A stretch of DNA of 64,000 nt from Trypanosoma brucei (taxonomy: Eukaryota), in the NCBI GenBank assembly GCA_000002445.1, contig CP000066.1, positions 1,056,001 through 1,120,000 of the forward strand, in the 5' to 3' direction. Position 1 is the stretch's first letter. Each line of letters begins with the position of its first letter. Made by a program: the position numbers and the translations under genes. Below, piece by piece: positions 10,556 through 20,070 of this stretch. Under the pieces are notes generated by a model. The model worked only from the letters and a program-made list of their open reading frames with translations, had not been told where the DNA came from and made no database searches.

Positions 10556-13500
10556 ATGAATACAAACCGGCCGAACACATCTGGCGTTCCCTCTTCTTCC
10601 TCCACTGCCGGCCCCTTGGCTTTACGGAGCGGAAGCACCGCAGGGGTTGTTGGGGGAACTGACGCTGGTAGAAGCGGCAGCAGATCAATGGATTATAACC
10701 CGTTCTCTCTCATGGATGTTGGGACGGCGAAGATTGGGTTTGAACAATTCCATGGGGTGCCGTCGTCAATGCCGATGCAACAGCAACAGCGCGGGGTGCC
10801 AACAACAGCCACGTCCATGGGCTCTGCTGTTGACTGTCAGCTTCGCAAGTCTTCGGCAGGAACCCAACAAGGAGACCACTCATACTACCAGCAACAGCGG
10901 CAACCTTCTCTGTCCCAACCTCAACAGCGCACGAATCTTTCGCTGGATTTGGCGAGAGTCACCCAGTTGGCATCACAACGCAGCGGCTCAGCCATTACAA
11001 CCACACGACAAGATATCGTGACACCATCCTCCGCGAACCGCTCGGTTTCTCAGAGCTCTGCTCTGGATTTAAAAACCAGGGGGGGCTCTCTAGATACCGT
11101 CACGTCCATGCGCTCTGGAACAGATGGGGAGCCACATGGTAGAGTTGCGAAGCGTTCAGCAATCTTTAGTAACTTCCTCAAAAGGGATCCCCCAGACTTT
11201 TTGAAACCGTCGCCAAACACCTTACTGCGGCGACAAGGGTCAAGCACAGCGGTGACCGCACGTGGGCTTTTTGGTGACCAGTCTCGCTCTGGCAGCACCG
11301 CGACAAACCCAGACGCGCACGTGTCGCGTCCGCAACACCAGGAACAACTACTGGACCCCTCGCCATCGCAAGGGTACTCTCCAGGGTTTGTGCTCTACAC
11401 AGCGAGGGAAAGGGACCGCGTCAAACCTGCATTCTTCAGTCATTCTGCATTGACAGCTCGACCGAGTGCTGAGGATACTTCAACACGGTTTGTTTCATCT
11501 GAGCAGTGTGTTTCCCCCCTCCCGAGCAGCACGAATCAAGCGACAGCTTCGCACCTTCCCCAAGGACCCCCGCTGGGCGTGAACAACCCTGGGGCGACAG
11601 AGCCTCACTTTACTGACAGTGGAAGCGCCTCAACCGTTGTTTCAACGGCCACTGGGACGCATCTGCCCCATGGTTCAGATTCTGTTGTTTCTGCTCCGAA
11701 TGCACTCACCAGTGATTTTCATGTACCCCAAATGGACATAGCCGTGAGAGGTGTGTTGGGAGATACGAGGTTATCTAACGCCACGACATCGTCAGCATCA
11801 CAGAGTCTTGCCTACCTAACTCCAGGTGCTGAGGTTGCTGTCAGCGAAAATTATGCTGAGAAAAACAATATTCTGGTTAGCAGGCCACCTTCAGCTCCTC
11901 ATGCTCACATGCCGTTGCCGGCGGATCCGGGTGTGGGAAGCGTCCTCTCGGCGGACAACGTGGCCATGAATCGGGGTGATGCTCTGGGGCTGCCAATGCC
12001 GCAAGGCATCCCAAATGATGGGTTGAGTCCAAATGGAACCGAAGAAACGGCTTTGGCTCTTCCTCCTCCTCCTTTTCCTGGGTTTGGGCATCCCCATAAG
12101 GTATGCCCCGCTGCTGTTGTGCCTGCCGGTGATGACGTTGCTGCGCCTCATGTAACCTCCGCTACGCACGGCCTTGGTTTCCCGCCCACGGGCCGCCAAC
12201 GGCAGGAGCGGACGGAACACGATACACAGGCTTGTGTGTTTATCGACGGCTTTGACCCGAGCGAAGCCCCCCCAGCTGCGCCGTCCTATGGGGATGCCGT
12301 AGACGGTTCGTCTTCGCAAGAGTGGCACGATGGTTCGCTGCAGGACGCGGTTGCCACAGCGCCTTCTAATGTGGGGTCCGAGGCTTTGCTATTTGAGGGC
12401 CCAACTCAGGCAGGGGAAGTTGGTACTAACATGTGTCCCGTTGAAGAGGGGACATCTCCGGAAGCGCGGCTGCCGGCTTTAGATATGGCTGCTCTCCCTG
12501 TGTCCAGCCGCCGTGAAGGGAAAGGTTGGGGACAACAACATCGTCCACGTGGTGGAGCCCCGTGTTTTGCCGTATTTTCTCCTACGGGCTGTGTTATTGC
12601 AGTGTTTAACGCTCCCAATCCCTCCGTGAAGCCCAGGTTTGTATGCAGTCGTGTCGCGGACATACTTTCTGGGAAGGCGAAAGGTATGAACCCTTCCAAA
12701 GTGGGTGAAGACTATGTAACGACCCTTCGCGTTTCGGCTGCATTCACCCTTAGAAAAATCAATGAAAACAAAGTTCCACTGACGTCTCTCCGCGAAGCCG
12801 TCCAGCAAGTGCCCGACATCCTTCCGCTTCTAAGGGGCGTTTTGTCCTACGCGCTGCGTGACCCGTTGCCTGACTGGCGTAACGGTGGACAGAAGGAGCT
12901 TACCAAAATGCTCTCGGAGGTGGCTGAGCAGGTGCCCCCCTCCAGTGTGATGAACCCTATTCGGCTGTCCGACCCAAATTTGTTGAAGAGGGACCCGGAA
13001 CAGGGTCTGCGGGAGGTGCAACGGTTGTTGCTTATTGGAGAGCGTGAGGCTGCCGTGGGGGTGGCTATGGAGTTTCAGTTATACACGCATGCCATTATTA
13101 TTTCGATGGTGTGCCCCACCAAAGAGCAATACATGGATGTAATCCGTACCGTTGTTGAGAAAGAGTTAAGCCCCCTTTCACCTCTTGCTCACGCCTACTG
13201 TACGTTTAACGAGCTACCGCTTCCTGGATTCGCGAGTTCGCCAACATCTACGTTGCCCAGTGCACCGACGGGAGGGTGTGAGGTTTGCGTTCGGCAGTCC
13301 TGGGTGCAGCACGCGGCACTGTTTGTGTCTAACTTCACTAGGGAAAGTGCGGTGGGCTTGGTACAGCTGGGAGATGCCCTTGTAAAAGAAGGGTTGATTG
13401 ACGAGGCCTATTGTTGTTTTCTGCTCGCTCATCTTACTCCGATGGGAAATGTTGCCCCTCAGCAGCTACCACAACCCCAACAGCAGCACGTCATGAATCT

Positions 13501-14719
13501 TCTTCGTGTGCGACTTGGCGCATTGGGTGGGCACTGCCGTCCTGACGGTGTGCGTGTGGTTCTGACGCCGAAATTGCTGTTTCTAGCTGATGTTGTAGAC
13601 AACATTCGCTGTAACCTTGAAGTGTCTGCACAACCTGCAGCAACGGAAGGGGAGGGTTTAGTGATGCGTCACGGACTTCCCGCTCGCTCGCCTGCCAGCA
13701 AAGTTGTGTTCTGCTATTTGCAAATGTTATGGTTACAGGAGGTGGGTCTGCATGATATGGCGGATCCTTTCATGGCACACACACTCCGGATGGCACCGAC
13801 GTCATCCAAGAACTCGGCACCATTCACTTTGAACCGCCTGCTCGCCTCCGGACCCCCTGTCCCTGCGCCAGCCACTGCAACCGATGCTGCCGTCGCACCT
13901 GTCCCCATTCCCACCCCTGGTACGCCTCAGCCGAAAACGGCTCCACCAGCTCCTGGACTTCTAAACAAAGGGATCGGACCAAGGTTTGGTGCCCAGACGT
14001 CACAAAGAGTACTGCCGCGGATAGGACCAGACGGGTACCGTGTAACCACGATGCCCACTGCCCCGCAGACGTCGCCGCCGGTGCCAATGCTAGCAGGAGC
14101 GTTTACGCCCAACGCACCGGGAGGCGCCCAGACCGCAGGCTCGTCCATACCGCCACCGCCTGCCTCATTCCAGTCAAAAGTAGTGTCTACTGCGCCACCT
14201 CCTCCACCTCTTTCGTGCCAGGTGAAATCAGTCCCTGAAGGCGGTGCGGTAGAGAGTGAACCTACCAACCCGAACTCGGCCAGTTCCTCTTCCACTTCGT
14301 TCCCTGCTGCGCCACCCACTACCGCTCGCGGCCGTCCCGCTGAGCCTGGCCCAACTCAAGATCCCGGAAACAACGAGCGAACACAAGAGCCAACGAAGCA
14401 GCAGAGACAACAGCCGCCCCGCTCAGGCTCTCTTGGTGCCCTCGCCAGTTTCTTGTTCCGGCGCAGCGGCTCCAAAGACAACGAAGCGAAAAAGGACGAA
14501 CCAAAGAAGATGATCATTGACACTGAGAAGCCTCCTAAGTTTGACCCCACGAGGGGTTGCTATCTCTTTCCCGAGTCTGAAGAGGATAAGAAAGTGGCAG
14601 AGATGATCAAGGCGGGTCCTATGATGCGATTTTCCGTGAAGCAGCAAGCCCCGCAGGGACCGGTTAACCGCCGAATGCCCGTAAGGACGAAATATGTGGA
14701 CACATTTAACTCCTCCTGA
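10556..14719 (+). CDS. SEC16: Sec16-like COPII/ER-exit-site scaffold protein (Pro/Ser/Gln-rich, about 1387 aa)
   Basis: First ATG in frame at 10556. Central block 'LLIGEREAAVGVAMEFQLYTHAIIISMVCPTKEQYMDVIRTVVEKELSPLSPLAHAYCTF' resembles the Sec16 central conserved domain ('[57 protein letters not shown]'); long disordered P/S/Q-rich flanks typical of Sec16. Confidence 0.5.
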   Translation: MNTNRPNTSGVPSSSSTAGPLALRSGSTAGVVGGTDAGRSGSRSMDYNPFSLMDVGTAKIGFEQFHGVPSSMPMQQQQRGVPTTATSMGSAVDCQLRKSSAGTQQGDHSYYQQQRQPSLSQPQQRTNLSLDLARVTQLASQRSGSAITTTRQDIVTPSSANRSVSQSSALDLKTRGGSLDTVTSMRSGTDGEPHGRVAKRSAIFSNFLKRDPPDFLKPSPNTLLRRQGSSTAVTARGLFGDQSRSGSTATNPDAHVSRPQHQEQLLDPSPSQGYSPGFVLYTARERDRVKPAFFSHSALTARPSAEDTSTRFVSSEQCVSPLPSSTNQATASHLPQGPPLGVNNPGATEPHFTDSGSASTVVSTATGTHLPHGSDSVVSAPNALTSDFHVPQMDIAVRGVLGDTRLSNATTSSASQSLAYLTPGAEVAVSENYAEKNNILVSRPPSAPHAHMPLPADPGVGSVLSADNVAMNRGDALGLPMPQGIPNDGLSPNGTEETALALPPPPFPGFGHPHKVCPAAVVPAGDDVAAPHVTSATHGLGFPPTGRQRQERTEHDTQACVFIDGFDPSEAPPAAPSYGDAVDGSSSQEWHDGSLQDAVATAPSNVGSEALLFEGPTQAGEVGTNMCPVEEGTSPEARLPALDMAALPVSSRREGKGWGQQHRPRGGAPCFAVFSPTGCVIAVFNAPNPSVKPRFVCSRVADILSGKAKGMNPSKVGEDYVTTLRVSAAFTLRKINENKVPLTSLREAVQQVPDILPLLRGVLSYALRDPLPDWRNGGQKELTKMLSEVAEQVPPSSVMNPIRLSDPNLLKRDPEQGLREVQRLLLIGEREAAVGVAMEFQLYTHAIIISMVCPTKEQYMDVIRTVVEKELSPLSPLAHAYCTFNELPLPGFASSPTSTLPSAPTGGCEVCVRQSWVQHAALFVSNFTRESAVGLVQLGDALVKEGLIDEAYCCFLLAHLTPMGNVAPQQLPQPQQQHVMNLLRVRLGALGGHCRPDGVRVVLTPKLLFLADVVDNIRCNLEVSAQPAATEGEGLVMRHGLPARSPASKVVFCYLQMLWLQEVGLHDMADPFMAHTLRMAPTSSKNSAPFTLNRLLASGPPVPAPATATDAAVAPVPIPTPGTPQPKTAPPAPGLLNKGIGPRFGAQTSQRVLPRIGPDGYRVTTMPTAPQTSPPVPMLAGAFTPNAPGGAQTAGSSIPPPPASFQSKVVSTAPPPPPLSCQVKSVPEGGAVESEPTNPNSASSSSTSFPAAPPTTARGRPAEPGPTQDPGNNERTQEPTKQQRQQPPRSGSLGALASFLFRRSGSKDNEAKKDEPKKMIIDTEKPPKFDPTRGCYLFPESEEDKKVAEMIKAGPMMRFSVKQQAPQGPVNRRMPVRTKYVDTFNSS

Positions 14720-15098
14720 TGCTTGAAAGCATGCTCCGCAGTTAGTTGCACCTGATATTAATCGAGAAAGTCGTGGAAGTGTGTATATGTATGTGCTGTG
14801 CCGAATGATTTTGCATTGATGCCGAATGTAGCGGGTCGATGAATAGATGACTTTGGGACTCCCTTTTCGAGGATGTTCCCCTCCTACTGTGAAGTAGTCG
14901 CATCAAATTGTGTGTGTGAGGCGTGGAAAGGGATGTGCACGTGTGCGTACGTGTGGCTGGCGGCAGGCTCAGAAATGAAGTGATCAGAGGGCATAGTGTT
15001 GTCCTTAGAATGGAGCGGTTAGAATTGTGTTAGGTGGTGGAAAGGCGTCCACAAATCGCGTACGTGGGTGTTGAATAAGTGCGGGATGTGGCCATGGT

Positions 15099-15146
15099 TC
15101 TCCTTTGTTTTGCTGTCGTCACCTTTCTCCCTACTTTTTCTTCGCA
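15099..15146 (+). promoter_or_regulatory. Polypyrimidine tract upstream of lipase-domain gene A
   Basis: tctcctttgttttgctgtcgtcacctttctccctactttttcttcgc. Confidence 0.4.
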
Positions 15147-15343
15147 TAAGCCGACAATAATGCGCGCATGTTTTAAAATAACGATTCTTCTTTTTGTACT
15201 GCTTACACACTGTTATCATGAATGCGTGATTGTACGGTTAATATCCCTGTTTTAGCACGCATTTGCTGGACGTGCTGCAGAAGAAAACGAAGGTGAAAAA
15301 AGCGGACACATCGCTGTGCCATTTTCTTTTTTAAATCAGAAAC

Positions 15344-18300
15344 ATGATGGTGTGCCTTACAATTTTCCTTGATATCTCTTTCCGTATTTGTTTACCCGTT
15401 TTCAATGCGCACTACAGTAAAAGAAGGAAAGGGGGATCGGGGATGCCTATCCCAACGGTAACCATGGGGCCAGACCCGATTTCTGAGCCACTCCTGCATG
15501 ACGCCGACAGGGACGAGATTCCATTCTGTGTAGCTCGTAATATTGGGCGGGAAATGAGACGTGGGTCCAGCAGCGACAGCGGCAATCGTTGGAGACAGGT
15601 GGAACCCGTGTTGGAGTTACAGATTGAAACGCTCTCTACGACGTCAGCGGGGTGGTTTCTGAACTCGTGGTATGGCGCCCTTGTGGTGGCGCTTGTCCTG
15701 CAATCTTTGGTCTCTTTTCAGTGGGGGATGGTGAATATATGTGACAGCTCATCGGTAAGCATTCGCAACCTGGATTCGTGGAGAAGTTCTTGCGTGGAAA
15801 GGTACGAGTATCAGTCGGCTGACCTTAACTGTTCGGGGACTAAGGTTCTGGTGCAGGCATGTGATCCACCGCCACACTCTTCGCATCGTGCAATGCTCCC
15901 ATCTCTTCTAGGATGCGGAGCGGTACCGTTATCAGCACCATCTTACGCGGAGGACTCACCGGGCCCTAATCACGACGGGATGAGCATGCGGAGTGGAGGC
16001 TATATTCCAAAGCAACAACAGCAGCGTCTTTTCAACCTACGGTGGGTAGACCGAAACGTGATTGATATACCGGCAAGTAAGGCCAACCGCTTTCCGCGCG
16101 TCGTTTTCAGTTTAGCATCGCCGCAGGACGCTATTTCTGGAGATATTCCCTTTAAGACTTATCAGTTGCAGGTTGTTCTGGAAAAGTTTCCGGTGCATGC
16201 GCCTTCGGAAGGAGATATAAATGTTAACAGTGGTACCAGCCGGCCGGCAACCACTGGCGTGTACCGATACAACACAACAACCACGTGTTTTCGGACCACA
16301 CCACGATGCTCTTCAGTGGTGTTGCCGCAGGATGTCGTGGTGGTTGGCGGGAATTCGAGAATCACATTAACCATCATCGGTGCTGTGGAGGAGCTGGCGT
16401 CTGTCGCTTCCATGTCCTCTGTTGGTATTGCGTTTCAGCGTTCTTTCTACACCATCTTTACAATTGCATGTCGCTACACCCTCATTGTGATCTCCGGTGT
16501 TCATTTGATCTTCTTTCTTTACCGAATTCGGCGGACGCAGACAATCTATGAGCATTACTGGGTGACGGCCTTGAACGTGGCACTGATACTTTACCTTGAC
16601 CCATTTTTCGCCGCCGGAGTTGACGACGAAAACGGTGTAGAACTTTATCGCTTCTTTGAGTACCACATGCCGAATTATTTCATTGCCTTTTTGAACTGTT
16701 TTATTTTTGCGCTTGTTGGAGCCTCCATTAACGCTTCTGGGGAGGTAGGAGAGACTAAAAGGAGACTGAAGGGGGAAACCGTTCCAGGGTGTGACGCTCC
16801 TGTGCTTGAGGAACCGTCGCCTCGCCCGGGTCGGCCACTAGCGACCGTTCCTCCCGATATGCCTCCTTCTTCACCTGGTGGCGATCCAAGGGATTTGCAA
16901 CGAAAGGAAAAAAATTCATGGACAAGTGAGGCTCATGACAGTTCTGTATTACTTGCCTCCCCTGATGGGGATCGTGCGGCACTCGTGCGACGACGTGGTA
17001 TGCCTCTGTGGGTTACCGTTTCAATCACTTACTACTTCGTTATTCTCGTAGGTCTTGACGTGGGGAGGGCGTTCGTTGAGAATTGGGATTGGGGAACCGT
17101 TGCGGATTGTGCTACATTCTGTTGCCGTTACCTTGCGTCAATGTTCTACACAATGCTCCTGTTGCTTGTTTTTGCGTCGAACGTGCTACTTTTATGGCTC
17201 AAACGAAATCTGGGCAGACAGCCCTACCTAGAGACACGACCACGGCAGCTGGCATGCCGTGTGTTTATCTTCGTGTTTGCTAGTGCTATGGTCTATTTCG
17301 TTGTCCAGGCTGTTCTTATCGATCTACTCTACCCTCATATTGTGCGGATTGTCGTCTATCAGCCATTCAGTCAGCTCGCCCCCGTGATGGTTTCATCTTG
17401 CTTTGTGAGTCACATAACATTTGTGTACACACCCACCACTGCCTCACGGAGGGTGCCCATACGGCCAAACAACCCCATGTGGCGCCGTGTCGTTTGGTCA
17501 CGGCAGTGGTATCAGTGGCTTCAGTTTCACGGTGGCATATTGTACATATTTCACAACGAAGAGCAGGAACGATACTTCAACTTTTTACAGAACAAGCAGA
17601 GGTTGGCGAAAGTCCTTCACCGTCGGTCGGGTCGCGTCCCTGTCGCCACTGAGCACGAGGGTGTAGGGCCCATTTGCTCCACGGCAGAGTGTGTTTGGAA
17701 TGGTGACGGACCACTAGGGACATACGATGCGGAGAGCTCTGATAGTTCAGACTCCAGTGGCGGCGAAAGCAGCTTTTCTTATAATAGCAGTCACAATGAA
17801 GATGATGATGTTGCGTCAAGCGGACGTGGTTCGCGGCGTCGCAACTGGTCGCGCATTCGGAGGGGTGTTTCGACACTGTTCGAACGTGCGGAGTGTCGGT
17901 TCGTGGAGAAATCTGCTTTGCTTCTGGATTCTCTCGAGGGGGCCATTCTTGACCCTTTGCAGTCTCTCCAACTTGGTGGCAATAGGCGTGTGCCCTTTTT
18001 TAACCTCGAGGCCGCGATTGATTGCCTGAATCTGTCGTGGGAGGCATACGCACCTCTGTGTAGTGATGTAGATGCTTCGAGGCGAGATGCTGATGGCGGG
18101 GGGAATGGCACCTCATCTTATTGCGCTGACTGCACTCCCTGTGCGTTTCCCCCAGAGACAAGGGGAGAAGGCGATAGTGATAAAAGCACCTTAGACGAGC
18201 GGGCATTTTTAGAAGGGGCTGTGGACAGCAGTGCAGTGACGACCGTCGATAACAGGCCCATTGATGGTGATTTGCAATCTTTTACAGTTGCGAGGGAGGG

Positions 18301-19192
18301 GTCGTCCACCAGTGTGGGACCTGCTATGTGTACCAAACAATACGGTTATAAGCCAATCGCTGTGTTTGAGGCACTTGATGTAGTGGCTGTTTGTGCTGTC
18401 ATGGACACTGAATTTTTGCACCATCGTGGCAAGGTCCCTCGAATCGTTATCGCATTCCGAGGAACAGCAAATATGAGCAACGCCAGGGAGAACATTCGTG
18501 TTCGGCAGCGTCCGTGGCGGGAAGTAGACGGTGTCCGGCAGTGGTGGGGCCTCACGAAGCGTGCAAGAGTCCACTCGGGTTTCCTTAACATTTGGATCTC
18601 ACTGAAGCCTGCTGTGCTTCATACACTTCACAGGTTCTTAAAGGAGAATTCTTCCACTGTTTACCGTGTGTTTTGCACGGGCCACAGCATGGGGGGTGCT
18701 GTGGCTTGTCTTTGTGCCTACAGTGTGCGGCGTATGCTGCGGGAGATAGAATACCCCTTGGATGAGGTAACGGTTTACACGTTTGGTCAGCCCCCGATGG
18801 GGAACGCAGCGTTTCAAACCGCTTACGACAAGGCGATTCCCCGAACGTTTCGTGTTGTAAACGAGAGTGACGCGGTGTCCCTCTTTTCCCTGTTCGGGGG
18901 CACGCACGTTGGCACCGAAGTGGATATTGACCGCCATGGCAATTACATCTGTAAGCCCATGTTTATTGAGATGTTATTCAGACCCACGGGAGGGAAGGGA
19001 TTTGCTTTAAAAAATCATACCCTTGCTGCCTATGCCCAATCTCTTAATGCCGTTGCGGATCGGAACAGCGGTAGGGAGTGTAAGGTGCGCTGCCTGCAGC
19101 CGTATGTGCGTGATGTTGTAGACCCATCACTTAGCGCTCTTTCCAGTGCTGCCGCCAACGTCTCTGTTGAACACCAAGCTGCGAACGTGTAA
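15344..19192 (+). CDS. Polytopic membrane protein with C-terminal class-3 (fungal-type) lipase domain; DAGL-like architecture (paralog A)
   Basis: ATG 15344; 1282 aa; multiple TM helices in N-terminal half; C-terminal 'RIVIAFRGTANMSN', nucleophile elbow 'GHSMGGAVACLCAYSV' (GXSXG), 'VVNESDAVS', 'DRHGNYI' consistent with a Ser-Asp-His lipase_3 triad. Confidence 0.75.
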   Translation: MMVCLTIFLDISFRICLPVFNAHYSKRRKGGSGMPIPTVTMGPDPISEPLLHDADRDEIPFCVARNIGREMRRGSSSDSGNRWRQVEPVLELQIETLSTTSAGWFLNSWYGALVVALVLQSLVSFQWGMVNICDSSSVSIRNLDSWRSSCVERYEYQSADLNCSGTKVLVQACDPPPHSSHRAMLPSLLGCGAVPLSAPSYAEDSPGPNHDGMSMRSGGYIPKQQQQRLFNLRWVDRNVIDIPASKANRFPRVVFSLASPQDAISGDIPFKTYQLQVVLEKFPVHAPSEGDINVNSGTSRPATTGVYRYNTTTTCFRTTPRCSSVVLPQDVVVVGGNSRITLTIIGAVEELASVASMSSVGIAFQRSFYTIFTIACRYTLIVISGVHLIFFLYRIRRTQTIYEHYWVTALNVALILYLDPFFAAGVDDENGVELYRFFEYHMPNYFIAFLNCFIFALVGASINASGEVGETKRRLKGETVPGCDAPVLEEPSPRPGRPLATVPPDMPPSSPGGDPRDLQRKEKNSWTSEAHDSSVLLASPDGDRAALVRRRGMPLWVTVSITYYFVILVGLDVGRAFVENWDWGTVADCATFCCRYLASMFYTMLLLLVFASNVLLLWLKRNLGRQPYLETRPRQLACRVFIFVFASAMVYFVVQAVLIDLLYPHIVRIVVYQPFSQLAPVMVSSCFVSHITFVYTPTTASRRVPIRPNNPMWRRVVWSRQWYQWLQFHGGILYIFHNEEQERYFNFLQNKQRLAKVLHRRSGRVPVATEHEGVGPICSTAECVWNGDGPLGTYDAESSDSSDSSGGESSFSYNSSHNEDDDVASSGRGSRRRNWSRIRRGVSTLFERAECRFVEKSALLLDSLEGAILDPLQSLQLGGNRRVPFFNLEAAIDCLNLSWEAYAPLCSDVDASRRDADGGGNGTSSYCADCTPCAFPPETRGEGDSDKSTLDERAFLEGAVDSSAVTTVDNRPIDGDLQSFTVAREGSSTSVGPAMCTKQYGYKPIAVFEALDVVAVCAVMDTEFLHHRGKVPRIVIAFRGTANMSNARENIRVRQRPWREVDGVRQWWGLTKRARVHSGFLNIWISLKPAVLHTLHRFLKENSSTVYRVFCTGHSMGGAVACLCAYSVRRMLREIEYPLDEVTVYTFGQPPMGNAAFQTAYDKAIPRTFRVVNESDAVSLFSLFGGTHVGTEVDIDRHGNYICKPMFIEMLFRPTGGKGFALKNHTLAAYAQSLNAVADRNSGRECKVRCLQPYVRDVVDPSLSALSSAAANVSVEHQAANV

Positions 19193-20013
19193 CCAAACAG
19201 TGTATGTGAGACTTGAATTTTGGAAATATCGTATACCTTTCTTTCATAGTCGGTTTTGTGTTCACGAAAAAAAAAAACCGCTTCGTTTACTTCTTCCTTT
19301 ACTGTTGTCTATGTGCACGCATGTTGACTCACCTATAATCTGAGAGGCAGCGCGAGCAAGAGACAGACATGAGACGGTGCAGTTGTTCAAGTACCATTCA
19401 TGGGTTTGGTGGATGATGGGGATGCGGGGTCGCTCTCCACATCGTGTCGTGGGGGAGGGGGAGGGCATTTATTGGTCGGGAGAGTTCGAGAGGTGTCGAC
19501 GGTTATTGCTCCATCTTTGTGTGTGTGCACACTTGCGTATGCAGTCCCTTTTTGCCTTCATTTCGCTCTTTTGATGTCTCGTATTAGCTGTGGACGCGCG
19601 ATGCCGTGGGATCTTATGCGTGATCTCTCTGCTTAGACCGCACTTTACGATTTGGCAGCTCTCTCTTGTTGTTTTCCCTCCTTTCTCTATTTTCCTGTTT
19701 GCCGGTCATTTTTGTCAACCTCCCAACCAAAGCCTGACCACCGGGTGGTGCAGTGCCGTTGGCTGTAAACGTGACTTTGAGTGCAAAAGAGACCTATCTG
19801 TTTCCCCCCTTTACCCAAGTTAAAAAGAGTTGTTTCTTGCACTATCCGACTGTTATTCGTGCCTGTGTTTCCTTCCTGTGCCCCCTTCTTTCGCTCCAGC
19901 TGTCCCATTTACCCCCATCACTTGTGGCATTCAAAACAAAGCAGTGACGCCAACGACACCGACGAAAAACAAACAGGCGTAAAGGGACTTTTGCATTCGG
20001 TCAAGTACTGAGG

Positions 20014-20036
20014 TTTGTTTTTTTTTTCTTCCGGAG
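20014..20036 (+). promoter_or_regulatory. PolyY-AG tract 35 bp upstream of lipase-domain gene B start
   Basis: tttgtttttttttttcttccggag preceding ATG 20071. Confidence 0.4.
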
Positions 20037-20070
20037 ACGGAACTCAGAAGGGAGGCCAGAGCCCATCGAG

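Noticed and set aside
18209-18591. Minus-strand ORFs 18209..18574 and 18346..18591, and their twins 22792..23235 and 22962..23285
   Set aside because: They share identical peptides only because they are antisense to the gene-converted lipase blocks. They are shadow ORFs, not genes.
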